From IMG/VR virus record IMGVR_UViG_3300027782_002369, positions 1-58,266 of that record: 58,266 bases of DNA; one strand, 5' to 3'. This stretch comes from a virus. Lineage: Duplodnaviria; Caudoviricetes. The notes below the pieces were generated by a model. It made no database searches, had not been told where the DNA came from, and saw only the letters and a list, made by a program, of their open reading frames with translations. Positions within the stretch are counted from its first letter, which is position 1; each line of letters begins with the position of its first letter. Position numbers and translations under genes: made by a program. Shown here piece after piece: positions 34,470 through 45,287 of the stretch.

Positions 34470-35224
34470 CTGCAACTGTGATTATACCAACTACTGGTTC
34501 GCCAGAAGTTATTGAAGCTATTAAATCTGTATTAGACCAAACATATGACACCAAGTGTTATATTGTATGTGATGGTCCTGATTTTAGTTATACTGTGAAG
34601 AATATGTTGAGGTGGGTTGAGAAACATCCAAATTATCGTAGAATAAAACTCTGTAATCTTCCAATCAATGTCGGTGCCAATGGATTTTATGGCCACCGTG
34701 TCTACGCAGCATTCACACACCTTGTTGATACCGAATATGTATTATATCTTGACCAAGATAATTGGTTGAAACCTAATCATGTTGAATCTTGTATCAATAC
34801 AATCAAATCAAAAAATCTTGACTGGTGTTACTCACTAAGAGATATCTATAAAAAAGATGGTACACTTATTTGCCACGATGATTGTGAATCGTTAGGTAAA
34901 TGGCAAACTTACCATGGAGTTAATCATGTTGACACCAATTCATATTGCCTTAAAACAGAAATTGGTGTAAAATTGGCTAGCGTTTGGCATGGTGGTTGGG
35001 GACAAGATAGAGTGTTTCTGGCAACTATTGCTCAACACTTCAATAAATTCGATTGCACAGGTGAATACACCGTGAACTATCGTGTTGATGGCGGTAAAGG
35101 TTCAGTCAATGCTGAATTCTTTATCAATGGAAATGCAGTAATGAATAAAAAATATAATGGAGTTTTCCCATGGCAAAAAATCTCATCATCGGTGGGTTCA
35201 CAAACTATAACGCTAACCAGTTAA
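34466..35224 (+). CDS. Glycosyltransferase family 2
   Basis: TVIIPT, AIKSVLDQTY, IVCDG, LYLDQDN. Confidence 0.9.
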   Translation: MTATVIIPTTGSPEVIEAIKSVLDQTYDTKCYIVCDGPDFSYTVKNMLRWVEKHPNYRRIKLCNLPINVGANGFYGHRVYAAFTHLVDTEYVLYLDQDNWLKPNHVESCINTIKSKNLDWCYSLRDIYKKDGTLICHDDCESLGKWQTYHGVNHVDTNSYCLKTEIGVKLASVWHGGWGQDRVFLATIAQHFNKFDCTGEYTVNYRVDGGKGSVNAEFFINGNAVMNKKYNGVFPWQKISSSVGSQTITLTS

Positions 35225-36006
35225 AACCTTGGGTATTATCTGCCAAGGTGCATGCGGGTGATGACAATGATGTTGTTTTAGTTTATGGTAACGCATCTAA
35301 TGAAACACTAGATTGGTTAGAAACACAAGGTGTCATTATTGTTCCTATGTTAGAGATTCAAAATGTACCAATTCATGTGTTACGATTCCTATCAATACAT
35401 AATTATCTGGTACAACATTGGCAAAAATATGACTATGTTATTACAACAGATGTCAAAGATGTTTACTTCCAAACAGACCCATTCAAATTCCTTGTTAATC
35501 GTAAACTTATTATTGCTTCAGAAGGTTTAAAATATAAAGATGAACCTTGGGGTAATGAAAACTTATATCAAGCTTATGGTCAATATGTCTATGAAGAATT
35601 TAAGAATAGTGAAATTTTTAATGTTGGAACATTCGGTGGTACTGCAGAATATGTAAAAGATATGGTGTTTCATATCTTCACCAACGGCATCAACCGACCA
35701 ATTCCTATTTGCGACCAAGCTGTATTCAATGTATTACTCAATACACAGCCATTTAAAGATATTGCAACTAAAACAATCCAATGGGCTGCTGAATTGGGTA
35801 CTATCATGGATCCATCAAAGATTGCCAGCTTCAGACCTAATCTGCTCTTTGCTGAGCCCGTATGGGAAAATGGTTTACTGAAAGATGTCAATGGTCATAT
35901 TTTCCCTATTGTACATCAATATGACCGAGTGCCAGAATTGAAAGCGTTTGTCCAAAAGAAATTTGGTCAAGAAGATCCGGCAGAATACTTTACCTATAGA
36001 GTTTAA
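35170..36006 (+). CDS. Glycosyltransferase-like protein (GT-A)
   Basis: VITTDVKDVYFQ, NVGTFGG, DQAVFN, IVHQYDR. Confidence 0.75.
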   Translation: MAKNLIIGGFTNYNANQLKPWVLSAKVHAGDDNDVVLVYGNASNETLDWLETQGVIIVPMLEIQNVPIHVLRFLSIHNYLVQHWQKYDYVITTDVKDVYFQTDPFKFLVNRKLIIASEGLKYKDEPWGNENLYQAYGQYVYEEFKNSEIFNVGTFGGTAEYVKDMVFHIFTNGINRPIPICDQAVFNVLLNTQPFKDIATKTIQWAAELGTIMDPSKIASFRPNLLFAEPVWENGLLKDVNGHIFPIVHQYDRVPELKAFVQKKFGQEDPAEYFTYRV

Positions 36007-36007
36007 T

Positions 36008-36814
36008 ATGAATGAAATTAGCATTGTAACGGCCTTCTTTGATATTGGTCGTGGTGATTGGACTCCACAGAAAGGTCTACCACACTATCTACAACGAACA
36101 ACAGATACTTATTTTGACCGTTTTGCCAATATGGCTAAACTTGATAATACTATTATTGTATATACATCAGAAGATTTGGCTGATAAAGTTTGGAATATTC
36201 GAAAAGATAAAGAATCTAAAACTGTTGTTTGTGTAGTAGATTTCGAAAAAGAATTTGATGAGTATAGAGATTCAATTCGTAAGATTCAAAACAATCCAGA
36301 CTATCTCGCAAAGATTAATCCAAGTCAAATTAAGAATCCAGAATATTGGTCAGCTGACTATGTTCTGGTCAATCTATTGAAATCTCATTTTGTGAATCAT
36401 GCAATCGGTTCTGGTACTGCTGATACCGATTTGGTTGCTTGGTTGGATTTTGGTTATTGCCGTGAACCTTCTACATTGAATGGTGTAACCTTGTGGCAGT
36501 ATCCATTTGATAAAGAAAAGATTCATTTCTTTAATATCAAAGAATATAATGGAACAAGTTTAACTGATATCATTGCAAACAACGATGTTCATGTTACAGG
36601 TCCAATGATTGTTGCAAGTCAAAAGATGTGGCCTAAACTTGAAGAATTAGTTGATAAAAGTTTTAGAGAATTAATTAAAAATGACTTAATTGATGATGAC
36701 CAAACTTTATTGTTGATGTCATATCTACAACAACCAGAATCTTTTGAACTACATCCAATTTTACCTAATGATTGGTTTATTGCTTTTAAGGAATACAATG
36801 AGAATATATCTTAG
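36008..36814 (+). CDS. HtrL/YibB (WlaTC)-family glycosyltransferase
   Basis: IVTAFFDIGRGDW, NPEYW, AWLDFGYCR, DDDQTLL; ATG 36008. Confidence 0.85.
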   Translation: MNEISIVTAFFDIGRGDWTPQKGLPHYLQRTTDTYFDRFANMAKLDNTIIVYTSEDLADKVWNIRKDKESKTVVCVVDFEKEFDEYRDSIRKIQNNPDYLAKINPSQIKNPEYWSADYVLVNLLKSHFVNHAIGSGTADTDLVAWLDFGYCREPSTLNGVTLWQYPFDKEKIHFFNIKEYNGTSLTDIIANNDVHVTGPMIVASQKMWPKLEELVDKSFRELIKNDLIDDDQTLLLMSYLQQPESFELHPILPNDWFIAFKEYNENIS

Positions 36815-37547
36815 TGGAACTGCCAACCTTGGCGACTTTTTAAATGGTTTACCAGTAATGTCCGGTATTAGTAAGACTTATGGTAAATTTGAATTAACAA
36901 TTAAAAAAGAAATGCGTAAGTTTAAAGGCATTAAAGAATTCTTAATGTATCAGGACTTATTTACTGATGTTTCATTTGATGATGAAGTGTTCATGTATGG
37001 TGATATCATTAAAATGAGTTCTTGGCCAATTCGTGAAGATAAAAATGATCGATATAGACCAACTGAAACTTGTCGTTATGAAAATTATATGAAAGATAAT
37101 TATACAATGGAGTTTGATGTTGATGATGATTTCACAGTAGAAACTCCAGAATATGATATTGATGTGAAAGATACATATTATGTTGGTGATAGATGGGCGG
37201 TAGGTGATATTGATGACCGTAGAGAAACTCATATACTATCACATTTAAAAGATTATGAGTTTATTGATTATGATAGACCAATGTTGGAAAATGCTTACAT
37301 TCTCAAAAATCTAAAGAAACCTTTTATTACAAATTTTACTGGTATTGGTATGTTGGCTGACCTGTGTGATATTCCTTTATATTGTGTATGGAAGGCAGAA
37401 GATTGGAAACCAGAATTTAGAGTTGGTGATAACGATGTATCATGGGACAATGGTAAGAATATTCAACAAGTGTTTGAGAAACATTTTTATCAAGGCGCAC
37501 TTGCAGAATTGGTACACGCAAAAGATTTAGAAAGATATTTAAAATGA
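36798..37547 (+). CDS. GT9/heptosyltransferase-like protein (divergent)
   Basis: NLGDFLNGLP; FITNFTGIGMLADL; ATG 36798. Confidence 0.55.
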   Translation: MRIYLSGTANLGDFLNGLPVMSGISKTYGKFELTIKKEMRKFKGIKEFLMYQDLFTDVSFDDEVFMYGDIIKMSSWPIREDKNDRYRPTETCRYENYMKDNYTMEFDVDDDFTVETPEYDIDVKDTYYVGDRWAVGDIDDRRETHILSHLKDYEFIDYDRPMLENAYILKNLKKPFITNFTGIGMLADLCDIPLYCVWKAEDWKPEFRVGDNDVSWDNGKNIQQVFEKHFYQGALAELVHAKDLERYLK

Positions 37548-38230
37548 ATCTAGTATCTAAAGACACAGCAATCCTTATTACTGCTTATACTGGTGGTAAT
37601 GATCCTGTATATCATAGTTGTGGTGATGCTGAAGCAGTCATGCGTAAACGAATGATGACAAAAACATTGGTGAAGTATTTAAAAGAATCTGGTTATTATA
37701 TTTGTTTATCAGCACACTCCACTTTAGATGAAGAAACTCAAAATATGTGCCATTCATTTATCTACGATTCCGATAATCGTTGGCAAATCGATGGAGTACC
37801 TAATCGACCAAATCATGGCGTTGCTGAAATGTCAGCAATTCAAAATGGATTAAATGTATTGAGTAGATATGGTTTTAAGAATGTATTAAAACTTTGTTAC
37901 GACCAACATCCAGATTTAGATTATCCAAAATTAATTAAAAAATTTGAAGCATTGAATAAAAAAGTTGTAACACTACAAGATGATTATGGCATTGGAACAT
38001 TATGTTTCTTTGCAGATATTCAATTTGTTAAAGATACACTCTCTATGAACGAAGTGTGGAGATGTGAAAGTGCTGTAGAGAGAGCATGGTTAGGATCAAT
38101 TCGAGATAAAGGATTGGCAGACCAAATTTATGGTTATTCAACATATGATGAAATGTTGGAATTACCTCCTAATTCAGTTCATCATTTTGCTTCTATGGAT
38201 GGAAATAAATTACATGCCTACAATTATTAA
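37544..38230 (+). CDS. Hypothetical protein (glycosyltransferase-like)
   Basis: AILITAY, NHGVAE, LKLCYD; inside the sugar island. Confidence 0.55.
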   Translation: MNLVSKDTAILITAYTGGNDPVYHSCGDAEAVMRKRMMTKTLVKYLKESGYYICLSAHSTLDEETQNMCHSFIYDSDNRWQIDGVPNRPNHGVAEMSAIQNGLNVLSRYGFKNVLKLCYDQHPDLDYPKLIKKFEALNKKVVTLQDDYGIGTLCFFADIQFVKDTLSMNEVWRCESAVERAWLGSIRDKGLADQIYGYSTYDEMLELPPNSVHHFASMDGNKLHAYNY

Positions 38231-38933
38231 TATTGAACCAGGAACTTTTGGTACTATACGCAATGGTGATATGATTGGTGTTGCTAATGTTGTAGAACAT
38301 TTAAGAAAAACCAATAACAATCCGACAATTCAATTTCATTTAAAACCAGGTAATGTTAGCTCTGACACACATTGTCAAACATTCTATGAGATAATGTTGA
38401 AGATGACGAACTATTTTTCTAAAGAAGAAGGTACCGAAACTTTACCTTGGAAAAGAGTTAATGTTTGGGATTTTAGAGATATCTCCGGCGACTTAGTTAA
38501 GATACCAAATGATGCACCAACAGAAAAGAAAATTGTAATTTTTCCACTCTTTGACGCACCATATAATTTATGGAGAAACTGGCCAATAAATCTATTACCA
38601 TATTTGATTGAAAAATTTAGTACCGAAGAATATAAAGATTATGAAAAGGTAATTTGTAAAAAAGGTGAACCTACTGAATCATGTCCGTTTGAGGGCTGGC
38701 GATATTCTACCAATTTTGTGCAGAATTACTACCATATTACCACATCTGAAATCTTTGTGGGTGGCGATACTGGTTCAAGTCATTTTGCTTGGGCGCTTGA
38801 CAAAGGACCTAAAGAATTGTTATACTATGGTTCTAGTAGAGGTCTAATTCATACTCTACCATTTCATCTTCTACAAGGCAAAGGTAAAATGTCGAATTAT
38901 TGGTTAGATTGCGAAGGCACCACATGGCAATAA
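38214..38933 (+). CDS. GT9/heptosyltransferase-like protein
   Basis: RNGDMIG; FVGGDTGSSHFAWAL resembles the GT9 DSGxxHxA motif; ATG 38214. Confidence 0.65.
   Translation: MPTIINIEPGTFGTIRNGDMIGVANVVEHLRKTNNNPTIQFHLKPGNVSSDTHCQTFYEIMLKMTNYFSKEEGTETLPWKRVNVWDFRDISGDLVKIPNDAPTEKKIVIFPLFDAPYNLWRNWPINLLPYLIEKFSTEEYKDYEKVICKKGEPTESCPFEGWRYSTNFVQNYYHITTSEIFVGGDTGSSHFAWALDKGPKELLYYGSSRGLIHTLPFHLLQGKGKMSNYWLDCEGTTWQ
38797..38826 (+). promoter_or_regulatory. Internal sigma70-type promoter
   Basis: TTGACA-N18-TATACT with extended -10 TG. Confidence 0.55.
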
Positions 38934-39604
38934 GTATTACTTGTATTGATACATTATATTATACACCTACAATTGAAGCAGTAAAGAGAACTATTAAAAC
39001 ACTTGGTAATAAAGTTACCAAGGTGTATTGGTTTTCCGACATTGATATTCCAGAAGATGTTGGTGTGCCTGTAACTTGGGTTATTATACCAAAAATAAAA
39101 GTGTATAATAACGATTATAGTTTTGTTACTTTGAAGTTGTGTCCTGAAGTTTGTATTGAAGAATACAATTTAATTATTCATGCTGATGGCTTTGCTGTTA
39201 ATCCTGAAGCGTGGACTCCAGAATTTTTAAATTACGATTATATTGGTGCTCGTTGGGGTGATGGTATAGTTGGTAATGGTGGATTCTGTTTAAGGTCAAG
39301 AAAGTTATATGATGCTTTTATTGATATGAAAATTAAGAATCTTACAAGTGATTATCCACAACATATGAATGATGTTGCTTGTTATGTCATCAATGAGGCT
39401 GGCGAGAAATGGATTCCTGAGGACAATATTATTTGTAAGATACATAGAGGTGTATTAGAACATCAGTATGACATTAAATTTGCACCAGTAGAGATTGCTG
39501 ATAGATTTAGTATTGAATATGATTATGGTTCTAATTGGTTGGGTAAAAGTTTAGGTTTTCATGGCAAGAGTGGTATTGCTGAACATTATGGAGTTAAATT
39601 ATGA
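38924..39604 (+). CDS. DUF5672-like glycosyltransferase-associated protein
   Basis: LIIHADG, FLNYDYIGARW, VGNGGFCLRSRKL, PED, FSIE, GFHG. Confidence 0.8.
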   Translation: MAISITCIDTLYYTPTIEAVKRTIKTLGNKVTKVYWFSDIDIPEDVGVPVTWVIIPKIKVYNNDYSFVTLKLCPEVCIEEYNLIIHADGFAVNPEAWTPEFLNYDYIGARWGDGIVGNGGFCLRSRKLYDAFIDMKIKNLTSDYPQHMNDVACYVINEAGEKWIPEDNIICKIHRGVLEHQYDIKFAPVEIADRFSIEYDYGSNWLGKSLGFHGKSGIAEHYGVKL

Positions 39605-40638
39605 GTAAGAATGTATTGATTACCGGTGGCGCAGGGTTTATTGCTCACCATGTTATTGATAAGATGTTAGATGAAACTGATTGGAACATTGTTTGTTTGG
39701 ATCGTTTGGATATTTCAGGTAACTTAAATCGTTTACATGATATGTTACAAGACCACGATCCAGCTAAAGTCAGTAAGCGCATGCGTATTGTGTTTCATGA
39801 CCTCAAAGCAGAACTCAACGAAATGATTATCAAGGACATTGGTCCTATTGATATCGTTTTACACTTGGCTGCAGGCAGTCATGTAGACCGAAGCATTGAA
39901 TATCCCTTAGAATTCGTACAAGATAATACTGTTGGTACAGTCAATATGCTTGAGTATGCTCGTAAGCATCTACCCAACTTAGAACGATTTGTATATTTCT
40001 CAACAGATGAAATCTTTGGTGTGGCACCTCCTGGTGTTTCATATAAAGAATATGACCGATACAATTCCACTAATCCGTATTCAGCAAGTAAAGCAGCCGC
40101 AGAAGAATTCTGCGTTGCTTATGAGAACACTTATAAGATGCCTATTGTTGTAACACACACAATGAATGTGTTTGGTGAACGCCAACATCCTGAGAAGTTT
40201 ATTCCAATGTGTATTCAGCGTGCTCGTGATGGTGAGAAAGTATACATTCATGCCAATGCTGATTGTACCGAGGCGGGTACTCGTATGTACATTCACGCTA
40301 AAGATGTGGCAGAAGGTCTAATGTTTATTCTCAATAATTTACCTAAGAATTATAAACATACTGGTGATTATGGATGGGCTCATTGTCCTAAATTCAATCT
40401 TGTTGGTACAGAAGAAATCGATAACTTAACTTTAGCTAAGATGATTGCTGAAGCACAAGGTAAAGAACTCAATTATGAAATGGTGGACTTCCATGGCAGT
40501 AGACCTGGCCACGATTTACGATATGCACTCGATGGTGGTTTATTGAAGTCGCTTGGTTGGGAACCAAAGATTAAATTGAGTGAACGAATTAAAGAAATGA
40601 CATTATGGACACTAGAAAATAAAAGGTGGTTGAAATGA
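39601..40638 (+). CDS. rfbB: dTDP-glucose 4,6-dehydratase-like
   Basis: ITGGAGFI, HLAAGSHVDRSI, STDE, YSASK, GERQHPEKFIP, RPGHDLRY. Confidence 0.9.
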   Translation: MSKNVLITGGAGFIAHHVIDKMLDETDWNIVCLDRLDISGNLNRLHDMLQDHDPAKVSKRMRIVFHDLKAELNEMIIKDIGPIDIVLHLAAGSHVDRSIEYPLEFVQDNTVGTVNMLEYARKHLPNLERFVYFSTDEIFGVAPPGVSYKEYDRYNSTNPYSASKAAAEEFCVAYENTYKMPIVVTHTMNVFGERQHPEKFIPMCIQRARDGEKVYIHANADCTEAGTRMYIHAKDVAEGLMFILNNLPKNYKHTGDYGWAHCPKFNLVGTEEIDNLTLAKMIAEAQGKELNYEMVDFHGSRPGHDLRYALDGGLLKSLGWEPKIKLSERIKEMTLWTLENKRWLK

Positions 40639-41213
40639 TTAAATCAGTAGGCAAATATACTTATGGAACCGACACATACACAACAACAGTAAGACAGTTC
40701 CATTCTTATGCTGATCCAACAACACCTGTTGTACATATTGGTGCTTTTACTGGAATAGGACTTGGTTGTAGATTTTTTCCATCTGAAGGTGTTGCACACA
40801 ATCCAAAAGCTTGTACGAATTATGCTTTTGGTAATTTAGGTGAGAGAAATCAAATATTCAATAACTTTCCAATTTTACCAAAGGTTCAAACTAAAGGTGA
40901 TATTATTGTTGGTTCAGATGTTTGGTTTGGTGAATCTGTTACTGTTATGTCTGGTGTTACTGTTGGTCATGGTGCCGTAGTTGCAACAAACTCTCATGTA
41001 TTCAAAGATGTTGAACCGTATTCTATTGTTGGTGGAAATCCAGCAAAATTAATTAAGTATCGTTTTGATAAAGAAATCATTGATGCTTTTTTAGAAATGA
41101 AATGGTGGGATTTGCCTGATGAAACGATTAATAAAATACTGCCATTGTTACAATTAGAACCTACGATGGATATCATTAATCAAATCAATCAAATTATCAG
41201 GAGTGAAAAGTAA
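40635..41213 (+). CDS. Hexapeptide O-acetyltransferase (CatB/Vat-like)
   Basis: KGDIIVGSDVWFG, GVTVGHGAVV, DVEPYSIVGGNPAKLIKYRF, KWWD. Confidence 0.9.
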   Translation: MIKSVGKYTYGTDTYTTTVRQFHSYADPTTPVVHIGAFTGIGLGCRFFPSEGVAHNPKACTNYAFGNLGERNQIFNNFPILPKVQTKGDIIVGSDVWFGESVTVMSGVTVGHGAVVATNSHVFKDVEPYSIVGGNPAKLIKYRFDKEIIDAFLEMKWWDLPDETINKILPLLQLEPTMDIINQINQIIRSEK

Positions 41214-41941
41214 TGGCTTCACTTGGCATTTATCATTGGAATAAAGATAACAAGTCGGGGCTAGAGGCCTCGATTGCTTCATTCCGTAAATATCATCCTG
41301 ATGCACCATACTTTGTTGCCTGTGATGCAGCAGGTGGTTCTCAATATGATGTATGTAAAAAGTATAATGTAAATTATCTTCACGCAGATTTTGATTTAGG
41401 TTATCCATCTCCTCATTGGGGTTTCGATAAACTCAGAGTATATAACTTTATGAAACGAATGATGTTGGCTGCCATCTGTATGGGAACAACACATTTTATT
41501 ATTTCAGAAGATGATGTAATCTGTTTGAACGAAATACAATTTGATCCGAATTGGGATATTGCTTCATATAATATTACAGATGGTAATTACATTAACCAAG
41601 AAATTTTAGATGTATGTGAAACAATCTCCGGTGTTAAACCTGACAGAAAACAATATGGTGCTGGTGCAGGTACGATTATGAAAACAAGTACCTTTATTCA
41701 AACATTCTATAAGTTTGTTGAATTCTTAGATAGAGATTTTGATAGACTACATCAGAATCAACCACAACTTGGATGGAATGATTGTTTTCTACAAGTATAC
41801 TTCTTCCTTGCCGGGTCTAAATATAATGTCAATCCAAGATTGCACAATATTTGGCCAGAGAATCCAAATTTAGATTTGAATGAAATGAAGAAACACTATG
41901 ACATGGTACACAATTATAAGAATTTTTATGAAGGTAGATAA
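41213..41941 (+). CDS. Glycosyltransferase-like hypothetical protein
   Basis: SFRKYHPD, FIISEDDV (ExD), C-terminal VH motif. Confidence 0.6.
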   Translation: MASLGIYHWNKDNKSGLEASIASFRKYHPDAPYFVACDAAGGSQYDVCKKYNVNYLHADFDLGYPSPHWGFDKLRVYNFMKRMMLAAICMGTTHFIISEDDVICLNEIQFDPNWDIASYNITDGNYINQEILDVCETISGVKPDRKQYGAGAGTIMKTSTFIQTFYKFVEFLDRDFDRLHQNQPQLGWNDCFLQVYFFLAGSKYNVNPRLHNIWPENPNLDLNEMKKHYDMVHNYKNFYEGR

Positions 41942-43125
41942 TGGACTTAACTGAAATTAAAGAATGTTTGGCGTGTGGTTGCGACCACTTGCTTCCTGTA
42001 TTGGACTTAAATGACCAACCTTTAGCAAACTCATACAAAAAAACACAAGATGAATCTGAAGCATCTTATCCACTAAAGATTAATCGTTGTAATTATTGTT
42101 GTCATGTTCAACTATCTCATGCAGTTAATCCAGATTTAATCTATAAGAATTATCTGTATGTAAGTGGAACAACCAAAACTTATGTTGAATATATGGAATG
42201 GTATGCTGATTTCTGTATTGAAACTTTCAGACACAATCCTCGTTCCGTTTTAGACATTGGTTGTAATGATGGTTCACAATTAAATGCTTTTAAATCCCGT
42301 GGACTTAAAACTTACGGTGTTGACCCAGCAGAAAATCTTTATCCATTATCATCAGAAAATCATAATGTGAAGTGTGGTTATTTCGATAAAGACTATGAGC
42401 AACAAGCAGATATTATTACTATACAAAATGCTTTTGCACATAATCCAAATCCGTTAGAGTTTTTAAAGAATTGTAAAAAGAATTTAGAAATTAATGGCTT
42501 AATTTTTATTCAAACATCACAATCTGATATGATTTTGAATAATGAGTTTGATACAATTTACCACGAACATATTTCATTCTATAATATACTTTCAATGTCC
42601 TTATTGTGTATAAGAGCAGGTTTAGAATTGATTGATGTAGTGAAAACTCCGATTCATGGAACTAGTTATATCTTTATTATTAGTGCTGATAAGAAACAAT
42701 ATGCAAGAGTAAACAATTTAATTGGTATGGAAAACACTGCTGGTTTATATGATAGAACAACTTATGTCAAATACACACAAAACTGTATTGAAATGGTTGA
42801 TAAGTTTAAAGAGAAAGTAGAATACTGGAGAAGCCAAGGTTATAAAGTGGTAGGTTATGGTGCTGCAGCCAAAGCAAGTACTTTCCTAAACTTCTCAAAA
42901 GTACCATTTGATATGATTATTGATGATAATCCATTGAAGCAAGGACTCTATACACCAGGTTCTTCTGTTGGTATAGTTAGCTCGGATGTATTGAAAACCT
43001 TCACGGAAGATGATAAAATATTATTTGTACCTTTGGCATGGAACTTCTTTAAAGAGATTAGAGAACGTATTATTACCAAACGAAATAATTTTAACGATGT
43101 ATTTTTAAACATGAAAGATTTATGA
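41941..43125 (+). CDS. NDP-sugar C-methyltransferase
   Basis: CLACG..LDLNDQPLAN, LDIGCNDG, FDTIYHEH, IHGTS, GYGAAAK, LAWNF. Confidence 0.9.
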   Translation: MDLTEIKECLACGCDHLLPVLDLNDQPLANSYKKTQDESEASYPLKINRCNYCCHVQLSHAVNPDLIYKNYLYVSGTTKTYVEYMEWYADFCIETFRHNPRSVLDIGCNDGSQLNAFKSRGLKTYGVDPAENLYPLSSENHNVKCGYFDKDYEQQADIITIQNAFAHNPNPLEFLKNCKKNLEINGLIFIQTSQSDMILNNEFDTIYHEHISFYNILSMSLLCIRAGLELIDVVKTPIHGTSYIFIISADKKQYARVNNLIGMENTAGLYDRTTYVKYTQNCIEMVDKFKEKVEYWRSQGYKVVGYGAAAKASTFLNFSKVPFDMIIDDNPLKQGLYTPGSSVGIVSSDVLKTFTEDDKILFVPLAWNFFKEIRERIITKRNNFNDVFLNMKDL

Positions 43126-44408
43126 TGGACAAACTTGAAATGATTAAGGCACTATCTCTGAGTAGGCCAAGCTATGCCAAGAACTATGACAACTATAAAG
43201 AAGGCGACTTTGTTCAGTATTCTGGCCAACTTTGGGACGAAAATGAAATGTTCGCTGCCATTGATACATTAGTTAATGGTAAATGGATTACATCAGGTGA
43301 AAAGGTTGCTCAATTTCAAAATAAATTTAGTAAGAAGTTTAATGTAAAAAATTCACACATGGTGAACTCAGGCAGTTCTGCTAATCTGGTAATGATTACT
43401 GCATTGAAACATTATTTCAAATGGCAACAAGACGATGAGATTATTGTTTCACCTGTAGGATTTCCGACAACGATTGCACCAATTGTTCAGAATGGTTTAA
43501 AGGCAGTATTCATTGATATTGAATTAGATACTTTGAATTTTGATTTGACCAAGATTGAAGAAAAGATTACACCACGAACCAAAGGTATCTTTGTATCTCC
43601 AGTTCTTGGTAATCCTCCTGACATGGATGTATTGCGTGATATCTGTACCAAACATGGCATTCTATTGATTGGTGATAACTGTGATTCATTGGGTTCAAAC
43701 TACGATGGTAAGATGTTGACCGATTACTACTTCTGCTGGTCTACCTCATTTTATCCTGCACACCACATCTCAACAGGTGAAGGTGGTATGATCTCTACCA
43801 ATGATGATGGCCTAATCAACATCATACGCTCTGTATCATGGTGGGGTCGTGATTGTTATTGTGTTGGTGCCAATAATCTGTTAGAATGTGGTACTTGTGG
43901 TAATCGTTTCGATACATGGCTGAATAACTATGATGGTGTCGTTGACCACAAATACATTTTCTCCACAATGGGTTACAATCTCAAACCACTAGACCTACAA
44001 GGTGCCATTGGTATTGAACAGTTGAAGAAGTTTGAATACATTGATGAGAAACGCCGTGAGTATAAAAACAAAGTTCAAAAATTCATTGAAGATAACATCA
44101 AAGAAGCAAGAGTAATCAACCCATTACCAAAAGGTGATCCATCTTGGTTCGGTGTTCCAATTTATTGTGAATCCCAAGAAGTTAAAGAATTATTAGTATC
44201 ACATTTTGAAGCCAACAAGATTCAAACCCGAAATTATTTTAGTGGAAATATTTTAATGCATCCTGGTTATGAACACTTAGATAACTATAAAGATTATCCA
44301 AACTCCAATAAAGCATTAAGTAATGTATTCTTTGTTGGTTGTTCGCCTTTATGGAATGAAAACATTCTAAACTATATTGAGAAAGTGTGTAAAAAGTGGA
44401 ACGATTAA
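43122..44408 (+). CDS. rfbH: RfbH/DdhC-like NDP-4-keto-6-deoxyhexose 3-dehydrase (DegT family)
   Basis: NSGSSANL, DNCDSLG, SFYPAHHISTGEGG (His in the Lys position), WGRDCYC...CG, GYNLKP. Confidence 0.85.
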   Translation: MMDKLEMIKALSLSRPSYAKNYDNYKEGDFVQYSGQLWDENEMFAAIDTLVNGKWITSGEKVAQFQNKFSKKFNVKNSHMVNSGSSANLVMITALKHYFKWQQDDEIIVSPVGFPTTIAPIVQNGLKAVFIDIELDTLNFDLTKIEEKITPRTKGIFVSPVLGNPPDMDVLRDICTKHGILLIGDNCDSLGSNYDGKMLTDYYFCWSTSFYPAHHISTGEGGMISTNDDGLINIIRSVSWWGRDCYCVGANNLLECGTCGNRFDTWLNNYDGVVDHKYIFSTMGYNLKPLDLQGAIGIEQLKKFEYIDEKRREYKNKVQKFIEDNIKEARVINPLPKGDPSWFGVPIYCESQEVKELLVSHFEANKIQTRNYFSGNILMHPGYEHLDNYKDYPNSNKALSNVFFVGCSPLWNENILNYIEKVCKKWND

Positions 44409-45217
44409 TTAATGTCCTAGGTGGTAATGGTTTTGTAGGAAGCCGTTATCGGGAACTTACAGGAAATGTAGAAATTAATGCCAAGTATGATTATATCGTA
44501 AAAGATAATTCGGAAGTGGTATACTTTATCTCTACTGTTGACAACTATAATGTTCACACCAATCCACACCTAGACATTGAAACGAACCTAACGACTTTGG
44601 TTAAGACTTTAGAATCCTGTAAGGACAAGAATGTAACTTTTAATTTTATTAGTTCCTGGTTCGTTTATGGAGATGTGGAACTACCAGCCAAAGAAGATTC
44701 TTACTGTAATCCTAGAGGATTCTATTCAATTACGAAACGTACCGCAGAACAACTATTAATTTCATATTGTGAAACTTTTAATATTAAATACCGAATTCTC
44801 CGTTTGGCAAATGTCTTGGGTAAAAGTGACTATAAAGTATCCAAGAAAAAGAATGCCTTACAATACATGATTAAACAAGTGGTAAATAATGAAGATATTA
44901 GTCTTTACGAAGGCGGTATCTTTTATCGTGATTACATTCATGTTGACGATGTAGTACAAGCCATTAATCTTATTATAGAAAAAGGAAACATAAATGAAAT
45001 CTATAACATTGGTAATGGTGAAAAGGTGTTCATCAAACAAGCGTTAGATTATGTGAAGTATAAAGTGAATTCCACATCAAAATTTGGAACCATGGAAATT
45101 CCTCAATTTCATAAAACAGTTCAAACAAAAAACATGATACTGGACACCTCAAAACTCAAAACCTTAGGGTATACACCCAAATACAATCTATTCCAAACAT
45201 TGGATACGCTTATATAA
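44396..45217 (+). CDS. NAD-dependent epimerase/reductase (extended SDR)
   Basis: LGGNGFVG, ISSWFVYG, YSITK, RDYIHVDD; GTG start. Confidence 0.88.
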   Translation: MERLINVLGGNGFVGSRYRELTGNVEINAKYDYIVKDNSEVVYFISTVDNYNVHTNPHLDIETNLTTLVKTLESCKDKNVTFNFISSWFVYGDVELPAKEDSYCNPRGFYSITKRTAEQLLISYCETFNIKYRILRLANVLGKSDYKVSKKKNALQYMIKQVVNNEDISLYEGGIFYRDYIHVDDVVQAINLIIEKGNINEIYNIGNGEKVFIKQALDYVKYKVNSTSKFGTMEIPQFHKTVQTKNMILDTSKLKTLGYTPKYNLFQTLDTLI

Positions 45218-45287
45218 AGCCAACAATTCGTTGACTATGTATCTAAGCCAATCTTTCTATGGTTATGACCAGAAAGGTTGGATGTTG

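Noticed and set aside
40635-41213. Antibiotic-resistance acetyltransferase (CatB/Vat)
   Set aside because: Context among NDP-sugar enzymes favours a sugar O-acetyltransferase
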